From Octopus sinensis (taxonomy: Eukaryota), in the NCBI RefSeq assembly GCF_006345805.1, contig NC_043021.1:3038001-3102000 (forward strand): a stretch of 64,000 bases of DNA, given 5' to 3'. A model generated the notes under the pieces. That model worked only from the letters and a program-made list of their open reading frames with translations. It was not told the origin of the DNA and did no database searches. Made by a program: the position numbers and the translations under genes. Below are positions 11,669 to 22,310 of this stretch, piece after piece. How positions within the stretch are numbered: position 1 is the first letter of the stretch; each line of letters starts with the position of its first letter.

Positions 11669-13069
11669 TTTCTGAGATTGGTATGTCATTGTTTACTATC
11701 TTACAGTGAAAGTAGCCAGCAGTGAATCTCCATGCACAGTTGTCGATAGTGACAGGATCATTCATTTAGTTTGGACAGAACAACCTGCTAATATATCATT
11801 CAGTCTCTTCTCTCTCATGACATTCAAACTTTATTGCATTTCTTCTCATAGGAAATGTAAAATAGACACACACACACACACACCACACACACGGATGCAT
11901 ATGTAGGCACAGGGCTTAGATGTGGCTGTGTGGACGAGAGGTTTGCTTCCCAATCAAGTTTCAGGTTCAGTCTCACTGTAGGGCACCTTGGGCAAGTATC
12001 TGCTATTGTAGCCCTACTTGCCTGACCAAAGCCCTATGAGTGGATTTGGAAGAGAGGACCTGAAAGAAGCTCATTGTGTGTGTGTGTGTGTATGATACTT
12101 GTAAATGAGTCTCACCGTCATAAGCAGTGTTCTTCATTTCCAGTATTCTGTGGAAATATGTCTGGCCATGAGAAAGTGTTACCTTGCTTGGAAACAGGTA
12201 AGGGTTGGTGATACAAAGGGCATCCAGCTGTAGAAAATCTACCTCAAATACATTTCATTCAACCCATGTAAGCATGGTAAAATGAGTATAAACTGTTTGT
12301 TCCCCTCACCCTACTACTTGCCAGCCCTGTTGGTTGGTTTGTCTACACCCCTCTAAGTGGTTCAGCAAAAAGAGGCTGATAAAGTAAGTCCCAGGCTTTA
12401 AAAAAATTAAATACTGGGGTCAATTTGTTTAAATGAAACATTGAAGGCAGCATCCCAGCATGTCTGCCATCCAATGGAACCAGTAAAAGACAAAATGTAT
12501 CACACACACTCACACACATGGACTTCTGTATGAATAGCTTTGGGTTCAATCCCCTTGCTTGTCACTTTTGGCATGTGTTTTCTATAGCCCTGGGCTAATC
12601 ATCGTCTTGTAAATGAATTTAGTAGATGGAAACTGAAAGAAGCCTTTTGTATATGTATGTGTGTGTATTACTGTCTCCATGCTTTGACTTTGCATGAATG
12701 TTTGTAAGTGAATGTTTTTGTCATGCCAGTGGTGTTCTTTGTTTACAGTCTTCCATGAAAATAAGTCTTGTTATGGGGGAAATATTACTTTATAGAATAT
12801 GTGAGGGTTGGTGACAGGAAGGGCATCCTAGAAAATTTTCCTTGACAAATTCTAACACTTGAGAGTAAGGAGAAGTGGCATATATGGTTCAAATGTACAA
12901 AAGATAAAGACAGGTGAGGGAACAACAAACCAGATGTAATAGTTTGACAATCAGGGAAAATGGGGAAAGTCTTTGACCTTTCAAGCCTGTGCTCTTTGAC
13001 AGAAAGGACCAAGGAAAGAAAAATGGAGAGACAGGAAAAAAAAAACGGGTGTCAGGTTTAATGGTTCAA

Positions 13070-13421
13070 CATCATCATCATCGTTTAACGTCCGTTTTCC
13101 ATGCTAGCATGGGTTGGACGGTTCAACTGGGGTCTGGGAAGCCAGAAGGCTGCGCCAGGCCCAGTCTGATCTGGCAATGTTTCTACGGCTGGATGCCCTT
13201 CCTAATGCCAACCACTCCGTGAGTGTAGTGGGTGCTTTTTACGTGCCACCTGCACAGGTGCCAGACGAGGTTGGCAAACGGCCACGATCGGATGGTGCTT
13301 TTTACATGCCACCGGCACGGGGGCCAGACGAGGCTGGCAACGGCCACAATTGGATGGTGCTTTTTACGTGCCACCGGCACAGGGGCCAGACAGGGCTGGC
13401 AACGGCCACAATTGGATGGTG
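13070..13421 (-). mobile_element. RTE-tail element (family C) with three ~60 bp internal repeats
   Basis: (cat)n cgtttaacgtccgttttccatgctagcatgg...ggatgcccttcctaa followed by repeated ggccacg/aatcggatggtgctttttacgtgccacc units. Confidence 0.88.
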
Positions 13422-14269
13422 TCGAAAATATTTATCATCTTGAAATCTCGAAGAGGTTCAAGCTTGCTGATGGATGCAGCAGAAATGTCTTGAGGGTGAC
13501 TGTAGAAAGGTATATTAACATTTGTAGTACCTACTGTAACTGATAAGTTTTTCCTATGTTCTTAATAATAATGACTAAATGGGGGAAAACAAAGTGGTGC
13601 TTGTGCTTGTTTTCTAGTTAGTGATAAATTTTGTGAGACATCAATTATTATTGTACTTGTAGCTCTGGTTTGGTGATATCAGATAATGCTGATAGATATG
13701 CGGCTGTTTTTGTTTTGCTAATCTATTCTCTTACCATATCAGCTATTTCAATTTTCTTTTTCTTTTTTGGAGACAAATTAGCCACCACCCAGACAGAAAG
13801 AAAGACAACACGTGCGCACACACACACACACACACACAAACACACACAAATGCTGAAAGTCACCTGTATCTCTCTCTTGGACTCAAAAACTAATTTCTAA
13901 CATTGGCACAAAGCCATAAATTTAGTATTGGTGTCAAGGAATATATCTTATCAAATCAATGCTAGTATCTGACTGGTACTTCCATAGTGTTGGCCCTAGA
14001 AGAAAGTTAAGTAAAATAGGATTTGAACTTAGACCATAAAAGTGTAAGGAAAGTCAATCTCCAGCAGGGATGAAGCTGAATAGTTTTGAGTTATCCATGA
14101 CTCAAACTGTTATCATTATTCTCTACTGTTTGCACTTAGAATTTACTTCCCAAGCAGTGGAGATAAAGCAGCTCCTCACTCTTTAGACAAAGGAATTGGT
14201 AAACTCATCAGTACTAATGTCTATCATGAACTTTCTACTGTTGATATATTAAGCTCTCTCTCTACTATA

Positions 14270-14292
<23 letters not shown>

Positions 14293-14300
<8 letters not shown>

Positions 14301-14523
14301 TCTTTACTACTCACAAGGGGCTAAACATAGAGGGGACAAACAAGGACAGACAAAGGGATTAAGTCGATTACATTGACCCAGTGCGAAACTGGTACTTTAT
14401 TTATCGGCCTGAGAGGATGAAAGGCAAAGTCGACCTCGGTGGAATTTGAACTCAGAATGTAACGACACACGAAATACCGCTAAGCATTTCGCCCGGCGCG
14501 CTAACGTTTCTGCCAGCTCGCAG

Positions 14524-14525
<2 letters not shown>
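14293..14525 (-). mobile_element. SINE family B inserted in a (TA)n run
   Basis: Full family B body with poly-A tail, TA runs on both sides. Confidence 0.9.
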
Positions 14526-14561
<36 letters not shown>

Positions 14562-14864
14562 TTGTCTGACTGTGTGTATGAACACACAATAAAAACTGCC
14601 ATGTTTGACTCCCAGTTTTAAGCATGAAATAAAATAATTGGCTAATTAATTTGGTTTTATCTTCAGATTATATTGCACTCAGTAGGTTTGTGGGCAACTG
14701 ACTAATCTGCATATCTCTCTCATCTTAATTGTTTTAAACCTGCTCCCAAATTTCTCAGGATGTGAAATCCAATTTACTCTCTTAATATTGTTGCTTTTAT
14801 TGTAATTAGAAAAATTATTTGATCTTTTGTGACTTATTTAGTGTACACATGTGCAGTCTGCCTG

Positions 14865-15058
14865 AGACAGCCCCTGGCTCTGTGGTACAAATATTTTATT
14901 TTCAAGAGTCCTAAATTAAAATCTCCATCAGAACTTTAGTATTATTTATGATCCAAACACCAATTAATAATGACAAAAGTTACTTTACTAAATTCTTCAT
15001 TTTCAAAATTGATCAAAGACGGAGCGTCTCAACAAAAATAAGGTAACATAAGGGTTAA
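14865..15058. mobile_element. piggyBac-like MITE (family P2), degenerate
   Basis: Colinear with 44537-44756; ends agggTTAA. Confidence 0.55.
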
Positions 15059-15200
15059 ATATATTTCAGTATATCTCATGCTGATGGGTCAAAGTTTTTC
15101 TTTTATTGGTTATTATGCATGGATCAAGGTTGCTGTAATTACTTATATCAAAAAGCATGGTGGGCTGTCAGTGTTAAGGTACTGGTTCCAAGCCCACAAA

Positions 15201-15394
15201 CTCTTTACTCTCTTTTACTCTTTTACTTGTTTCAGTCATTTGACTGCGGCCATGCTGGAGCACCACCTTTAGTCGAGCAAATCGACCCCGGGACTTATTC
15301 TTTGTAAGCCCACCGCTAAGTGACGGGTACGTAAACACACCAGCATCGGTTGTCAAGCAATGCTAGGGGGACAAATACAGACACACAAACACAT

Positions 15395-15434
<40 letters not shown>

Positions 15435-15606
15435 CCATATATACGACAGGCTTCTTTCAGTTTCCGTCTACCAAATCCACTCACAAGGCATTGGTCGGCC
15501 CGGGGCTATAGCAGAAGACACTTGCCCAAGATGCCACGCAGTGGGACTGAACCCGGAACCATGTGGTTGGTTAGCAAGCTACTTACCACACAGCCACTCC
15601 TGCGCC
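15201..15606 (-). mobile_element. SINE family A with ~30 bp internal deletion
   Basis: gtaagcc|caccgctaag junction lacks the agtacttattctatcggtctcttttgccga segment found in other copies. Confidence 0.9.
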
Positions 15607-16869
15607 TGTGATTGATAATGTTAGGTCACCACTCTTAAAAGTCTGGTTTCCTCAGTAAGTTATACAAAGAAGAACGAAGGGTCTGAAACTTAGAAATAAT
15701 TAAAATGTTGGTGGTTTCCAAGGGCTTACATTAATAGAAGTAGGGTAGTGAGAGGTAAAAGTTAAACTGACCTCTCCCTCCCCACCAAAAAGTGGGTACT
15801 TATTCAAAGTTGAGGCGTTTTTCTGTTGGTACTCTGAACATGTACTTTTAAGAAGTTGGCTTCCCGACCACATAGTTTCAGTTCCATTGCATGGTACCTT
15901 GGGGAAGTGCCCCAGTATGACTGTAGTCCAGTGTCTAAGACAAGTAAAATACCAAAGATTAGAAAGTTTAATCTGTATATATGTTTGTGTGTAAATGATT
16001 TAGAAATAACGACTGTGTCCTGATGAATGAAAAATTTAGTTGGCTGTAATTGGATGAATTACATTTTGTTGCTAAAAAGTTCTATCTGAATTTTTGAGAT
16101 AAGGAATTATTATACTCTAATTTGAGCTAGTGTCCTCATTTTGGTTGTTATAGTTACAGTGTTTAGACTGCTGTGCTGTATGGGACAATAGGATAATGAA
16201 TATGTGTTAAATTGTAGTAGGTTAAACTAGTTAATGGGCTTGAGTTCCATCTCTGGGCATGTCATCATTTTAACATTCTCTTTTCCATACTTGCATGGTG
16301 TGATGGAATTTTTTTTTTAGGCAGATTTTGACTGGTTGCCCTTCTTGACAACAGCTCTCAACAGCTAGGCATGTTTTTCAAGGAAGTCTAGAAACAAACA
16401 CCTTCACCTTGTATGGTGACAATACTCATTTACAATTACCACATGATGGCTAGATAAGGGTACTACATACATACATATGAATGAATGAGCTTTCAGTTTT
16501 TGTCTGCTCGGTCTATAATAGACACTTGCTCAAAGTCTTGCACAAGTCAATACACCCCACCCTGCACACGTGTTTTTATATATTCTATGAGGGAGATAAA
16601 GAATACTCAAGTTGAAAGCAGCATCACAAGTGGTAGAAGAACTGATAAAGAGAATATCTCTGGGATAGACTGTAGACTTAGAACAATCTCTTGTGGATAT
16701 AATAAAGGATTTGGTTCCAAATTCTAAGAGCATTAACAAATATGATAGACATGAAAAATGCAAAACATTACAACAGCCAAAATGGTGTAACTATAGTGAC
16801 TAAGATAAGGATACTTGGTCGAAACAGATTGGTGTAGGAGAACTATTATTAGTTCATTCAATTGTTTAA

Positions 16870-17302
16870 CCCTTTAGCTTTTCAGGTTACTCGGGTGTAA
16901 TGTTTATTTATGTTGTTAATTAGGTATCAATTATGTGATTTGTCGTTAGGGCGGCGAGCTGGCAGAATAGTTAGCATGCCGGGCGAAATTCTTAGCGGTA
17001 TTTCGTCTGCCGCTACGTTCTGAGTTCAAATTCCGCCAAGGTCGACTTTGCCTTTCATCTTTTTGGGGTCGATTAAATAAGTACCAGTTATGCACTGGGG
17101 TCGATATAATCGACTTAATCCGTTTGTCTGTCCTTGTTTGTCCTCTCTGTGTTTAGCCCCTTGTGGGTAGTAAAGAAATAGGTATCAATTATGTGATTTG
17201 TTTATTTGACATTGTAGGGTAGGTGGGAGAGGCTAGATCTGACCAGATTGAACATAAAATAGAATATTGGGGTTGAATATGACTGATTTAAATGCTAGAA
17301 GG
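16870..17302. mobile_element. piggyBac-like MITE (family P1) interrupted by SINE B
   Basis: TTAA-ccctttagc start, tttaaatgctagaagg end, body matches 52684-52895. Confidence 0.7.
16949..17185 (+). mobile_element. SINE family B, young, 23 bp TSD
   Basis: taggtatcaattatgtgatttgt duplicated at 16921-16943 and 17179-17201. Confidence 0.93.
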
Positions 17303-17481
17303 TTAGGCTATAGTTTATGGCTATGCTAGAGTACTGCTGTTGCTTACTCACATATATACTTTGTACTGTGCTTCTACTTGCCTAGCGAGCTTGCGTGTGT
17401 TGAGCAGTATGATGCTTAACCCTTTTGATACCAATCCACCTGAGACTGCCCCTGGTTTCACAATACAAACTTTCTTTCTTA

Positions 17482-17695
17482 ATCCTTTAGCATTTAAACT
17501 GGCCATATCAGTCAGGCCCAAGTATTCTGCATGCTTTATGTTCAAACAGAGCAGATGTGGTCTCTCACACCTACCCTACAATGTCTTTCTGAAACTGCAT
17601 CATCGAAATCTGAAAACTACAAGATAATGCTTGATTAATTTGTGAATAAATTAGCATTACATTTGGTATTGTAATCTGAATGCCAAAATGTTAAA
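17482..17695. mobile_element. piggyBac-like MITE (P1), opposite orientation
   Basis: cctttagcatttaaactggccatatc...ctgaatgccaaaatgttaa. Confidence 0.65.
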
Positions 17696-17759
17696 GTGAT
17701 CTGAATTGAAACCTTGTATCAAAATTTCCTGTTAATTTATGATATAAACACCAACTTAA

Positions 17760-17945
17760 CCCTTTGCCTGTCCAAAGCATTTTCATAAATTTCTCCTAAA
17801 CATCCATGCTTATTTTCAAACTTTTAGTTAGCTCCTATTTCATGTGTTATGAGTAATATAAAGCTTTCCTTTCACAAGTCCTAAGTCACTCTGGTGGTTG
17901 AAAAAAAATTGGGAATGTGTAACGTATGCAAGGGTGCCAGGGGAA
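17760..17945. mobile_element. TTAA-type MITE (family P3)
   Basis: ttaaccctttgcc start; body colinear with 44915-45095. Confidence 0.5.
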
Positions 17946-18096
17946 AATGTCCTGTTTATCACATGTTATACACAGGATAGGCTAATACTGATTAAGGTGT
18001 TTTAACGAGTTCTTCATTATTTTCGGAATTAATTGAAACAAAGCTGAGATATGGTAACATAAGAATTAAATTGAGATTTAAGAAAGCAAAATTAAA

Positions 18097-18287
18097 CCCT
18101 TTAGCATTTAATTTGACCATATCAAGCCCAAATATTCTGCATGTATTATGTGCAAACTGGCTAGATCAGACCTCTCATACCTACTCCACAAAATTCTTCT
18201 AAGAATTGAAAAAAATCATATTGAAATCTCAGACTCTGAGATAATGCATGATTAATTTAAAACAATGTGAATCTATAAGCATCAGGG
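18097..18287. mobile_element. piggyBac-like MITE (P1)
   Basis: ccctttagcattt...cagggTTAA. Confidence 0.7.
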
Positions 18288-18303
18288 TTAATGATAGTAA
18301 TAA

Positions 18304-18720
18304 GGCGGCGAGCTGGCAGAAACGTTAGCACGCCGGGCGAAATGCTTAGCGGTATTTCGTCTGCGTTACGTTGTGAGTTCAAATTCCGCCGAGGTCGACT
18401 TTGCCTTTCATCCTTTCGGGGTCGATAAATTAAGTACTGGTTACGCACTGGGGTCGATCTACTCAACTTAATACCTATGTCTGTCCTTGTTTGTCCCCTC
18501 TGTGTTTAGCCCCTTGTGGGTAATAAAGAAATAGGTATTTCGTCTGTCTTCATGTTCTGAGTTCAAATGCCGCCGGGGTCGACTTTGCCTTTCATCCTTT
18601 CGGGGTCGATAAATTAAGTACCAGTTACGCACTGGGGTCGATGTAATCGACTTAATACCTATGTCTGTCCTTGTTTGTCCCCTCTGTGTTTAGCCCCTTG
18701 TGGGTAATAAAGAAATAGGT
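18304..18720 (+). mobile_element. SINE family B dimer (full monomer plus 5'-truncated monomer), 18 bp TSD
   Basis: TSD ggttaatgatagtaataa at 18286-18303 and 18718-18735; junction at ggtattt 18534-18540. Confidence 0.92.
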
Positions 18721-19877
18721 TAATGATAGTAATAATAAATTGAGCACAGTATGCAAATAAAGGGTAGTTGTGTTATATCCTTATAATAAACCTCCTTACT
18801 ATTATGTATCAAATATTTCTCCCCACTCACTGTTAAATACTTTCTTTCCTCCATGTCCTTTCTTACAAAACTCTATCCACTTCAGATCCTTTTTTAAAAT
18901 GTAGCTCAAAGAAACGGAATAGTCTAAAATCTTGTAACCCCCTTTACTCACACACACACACACACACACCACGCAAGCAGTGTGAAGGTTACTAGGAAAC
19001 TGTTGTGTCATCTAAAATTTTAACATTTTTTTTTTCTCCTTCCCCTTTTCATATTATCAGGTGATAGGTATTTTATAAATCTAAGTTTGAAAAAAAAAGC
19101 AAAATAAAAAAAGGTTGATCTGGGGCTACTCATTAACAAGCATTTATCCTTGTTTATCCTTATTTTTTATTTGGTTATCCTTATTTTTAGTTTTTGTGGC
19201 AGTCCCTTTAATGCCTCCTCCCCTCTCTACTCCTTTCCCATTTTAATGTAGAGTGCCTAGCATCACATGCTTGCTTACTGAAGCTTGCTTCTAAAGTAGT
19301 TGCTGCCCAAATTTGTGGTTGAAATATCTCCTGAGAATGATATCAGAATCACTGTCCTATCCCTAAACTGCTCCACATAACCCAAAAAAACATATTTCAT
19401 TCCACTAGCTGTCTTACATCTCCTTTATTCTTCCAGGGTTTGAACTATACAACATAGACCTACTTTTCACAGAGCTTTTCCCTTCTTGGCATGATACTAA
19501 ACTACATTCTAGTGTGTTATTTTTTCTTTCTTTTCCCCTTTTTGTGGCTTGTTCCATTGATATCAACTCCAAAGTCATAAATCTTAATGTGTGGCACCTA
19601 ATTAATTTCAGTCTTCTGTTTTTTTTTTATAGATCTTTTTGAAGTTTTTCCTTTTATCCATGTTCCAAGTTTATTATATATGTTTATTATTATCCTTATC
19701 CCTGGCCATTGCCAGCTGCATCTTCTAGTACTCACTGTGGTCTGGTTGGAAAGCACTACCGAAGTACACTATCATGACAAGGATTTTTCTGTATGGGGGA
19801 AGGAGATCTGCTGATTCAAACTTCGTTGCGATGTTAGGTTCAGAAGTTCATCTTGGTTCTTTAAATTTATTTCTTTT

Positions 19878-20028
19878 GGCTGTGTGGTAAGTAGCTTGCT
19901 TACCAAACCACATGGTCCTCAGTTCAATCCCACTGCATGGTACCTTGGGCAAGTGTCTTCTACTATAGCTTCGGGCCGACCAAAGCCTTGTGAGTGGATT
20001 TGGTAGACGGGAACTGAAAGAGGCCCGT

Positions 20029-20030
<2 letters not shown>
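19878..20030 (+). mobile_element. SINE family A, 5' half only
   Basis: Head and first body up to cccgtcg, then a TA run; second body absent. Confidence 0.88.
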
Positions 20031-20075
<45 letters not shown>

Positions 20076-20090
20076 TTATTTTATAGAAGG

Positions 20091-20141
20091 AGCTTCTACA
20101 GGACTAGAACTGTTTCATTCAAATGAAATCATCAGGAAGCT
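20091..20141 (-). ncRNA. Type I hammerhead ribozyme motif (minimal, Penelope-like)
   Basis: Minus strand AGCUUC-CUGAUGA-UUUCAUUUGAAU-GAAA-CAG-UUCUAGUC-CUG-UA-GAAGCU: 6 bp stem I, core CUGAUGA/GAAA, 4 bp stem III, GUA cleavage triplet; stem II opens with a non-canonical U-U. Confidence 0.72.
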
Positions 20142-20189
20142 TCCCTGATGATTTCATTTGAATGAAACAGTTCTAGTCCTGTAGAAGCT
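20138..20189 (+). ncRNA. Type I hammerhead ribozyme motif (mirror copy, one extra C in stem I)
   Basis: agcttcc ctgatga tttcatttgaat gaaa cag ttctagtc ctg ta gaagct; GUA at 20181-20183. Confidence 0.65.
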
Positions 20190-20383
20190 CCTTCTATAAA
20201 ATAAATTAATTTACTCTGCTATGTATTGAGTACCTTATTTACTGTGGTTAACCCCGACTCAACCCGGGACCTATATATATATATATATATAAAATTAATT
20301 AAGGGTAGAAATTGATATTTATCAATTAAGACCAGTGGTCTAGCATATTAAAAAAGAATCCGAAGATTAAAATATTTATATAT

Positions 20384-20581
20384 ACCAATTAAGGACTGAA
20401 CACGAAAAGTGGACAGTCAACATGCTAGATATAGACGTCAAATCGCCATTCACCACAAAAGATTATGTTCTCAGATCAAACTCAGCATTGATCTGAGAAC
20501 ATAATCTTTTGTGGTGAATGGCGATTTGACGTCTATATCTAGCATGTTGACTGTCCACTTTTCGTGTTCAGTCCTTAATTG

Positions 20582-20583
<2 letters not shown>
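20384..20583. repeat. Perfect 96 bp inverted repeat with 8 nt loop
   Basis: 20384-20479 is the exact reverse complement of 20488-20583; loop actcagca. Confidence 0.97.
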
Positions 20584-20617
<34 letters not shown>

Positions 20618-21041
20618 CATCCCTTTTCTCTTTCTGGGTTTCATATAATGTAAATACTGAATCCTGAGTGTTAGGCTTGGTTACCAGATCACATGGTTGA
20701 GGTTTTTTTCAGTTAGTCATAAGGTTTAGCATTTTATTCTTTTTACTCTTTTTATGAATTTCAGAGGATATCCATGGGACACTGTGCAAGTATAGTTGAT
20801 TACCTCAACCCCAATGTTTATCTTATGAAAAGTAAAATGTATAGGGGGCGGATTTTGCATTATGTAAAGAGATGTAACCGAATACTACAAGGTATTTTGT
20901 TCTATGCTCGACTGGTTCTGCTATTTACATGGCTTTTCTTTTTTGTGCAAACTAGCATTGTTGCAATGTTTTGTTTTTTTGTTTTTTATTTATGTACATA
21001 CATACGTGTGTGTGTGTGTGTATGTATGTATGTAGGTAGGT

Positions 21042-21075
<34 letters not shown>

Positions 21076-21077
<2 letters not shown>

Positions 21078-21360
21078 TAGCAGCTAAGCCCGGTTTCATC
21101 CGGTTTGTTTGGATGATGTGGCTGTGATAGTTTTCAGTGAGGCATGATCTATAACAGCCTTTGTCAAGCATATCATTTTGGGTCCCCTTTTTCGATTGGA
21201 GCCTCCAGCTGTATGAAAATTTCCTGATTCTCCACCCCGCTCCTCAGAAAACAGCTTCAGGAGTCGTGAAGAAGGAATTTGTACATAGTCTGTTTCTGAG
21301 ACCTATTCTATTGGACCTCTGTCTAATCATTAAAACATACAAAGAAATAATACATTAATC
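21076..21360 (+). mobile_element. Helitron-like non-autonomous element, 5' part
   Basis: actagcagctaagcccggtttcatccgg start resembling 2601 and 40342, directly after (TA)n; 3' end uncertain. Confidence 0.45.
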
Positions 21361-22177
21361 CCTATTTTTGTAAACAGTTGTATCTGTAAAAATTTTATTT
21401 GCAGAGCAGAAATTGAAAGAAGATATTTGAAATGGACGTGTGTGTACGTATGTGTGTGTGTGTGCATGCATGCGTGCTCATCGTATAACATTTTTATGAT
21501 AGTTGATTTATGGAAAAGATTATGTTAAATTTTTGAAATGCAAATACGTGAATGAAAATTAAGTTCAGACCTCTACATGGTAGTTAGACCTGGTAGAAAT
21601 AGCAGCCAAATCTCCTTCAAAACATCCTACTGTCTTAATCCGACAATTCTGCCTCTTATGTAATTTGAATGAGAAACTGTAAGTAAGGATTAAGATTATT
21701 AACCCCACAAAGAGGTGAAAGAAGAGACAGCACAACGAAAGTTTTGGCTGAGTGTCATCCTATTGTTGCTAGTGAAATGGTATATGCTGGCTGTGTGAGC
21801 AACTGGTTGTTTTAATGGCGGAACAAACAGGGAAATTCCATTAGAAAAAAGTTTTAATTGATTTTCTCGGTAACTATGGGGGCTTGGAAAAAATACCTGC
21901 ATTCCAATCTATGCACCTGTCTCCACATGTATGTCCTTTTTCACGTGAATCCACCATTCCACAAACACGTGTACCCCTAACGTAATTCTCAGGGAGATTC
22001 AGCATAACACAGTGTGACATGGTTGGACTTTTGAACTACAGGACAACTCATTTTTGCCGGCTGAGTGAACTGCAGTATAAACCCACTTTTTGCTCAATCA
22101 TTTTCATGTTGACAATTTATGTGGACAATTTATGTATCATTTGAAAGTTCTGGATGTGAACTTTATTTACGTACTTT

Positions 22178-22310
22178 TGGCTGTGTGGTAAGTAGCTTGC
22201 TTACCAAACCACATGGTCCTGGGTTCAGTCCCACTGCGTGGCACCTTGGGCAAGTGTCTTCTACTATAGCTTCGGGCCGACCAAAGCCTTGTGAGTGGAT
22301 TTGATAGACG
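22178..22310 (+). mobile_element. SINE family A, head only
   Basis: ggctgtgtggtaagtagc...gtgagtggatttgatagacg. Confidence 0.85.

Larger units (their letters stand above)
20074..20206. repeat. 133 bp near-perfect palindrome (fold-back)
   Basis: Arms are exact reverse complements apart from one extra C; centre gaagcttc. Confidence 0.97.

Noticed and set aside
16485-16800. Purine-rich coding-like stretch
   Set aside because: Every frame is interrupted or unrecognisable; no consistent splice donor
19726-21780. Plus-strand exon chain (19726-19835, 20765-20891, 21712-21780)
   Set aside because: Individually plausible splice sites (20765-20891 is the best), but the first two do not join in frame and no protein family is recognisable
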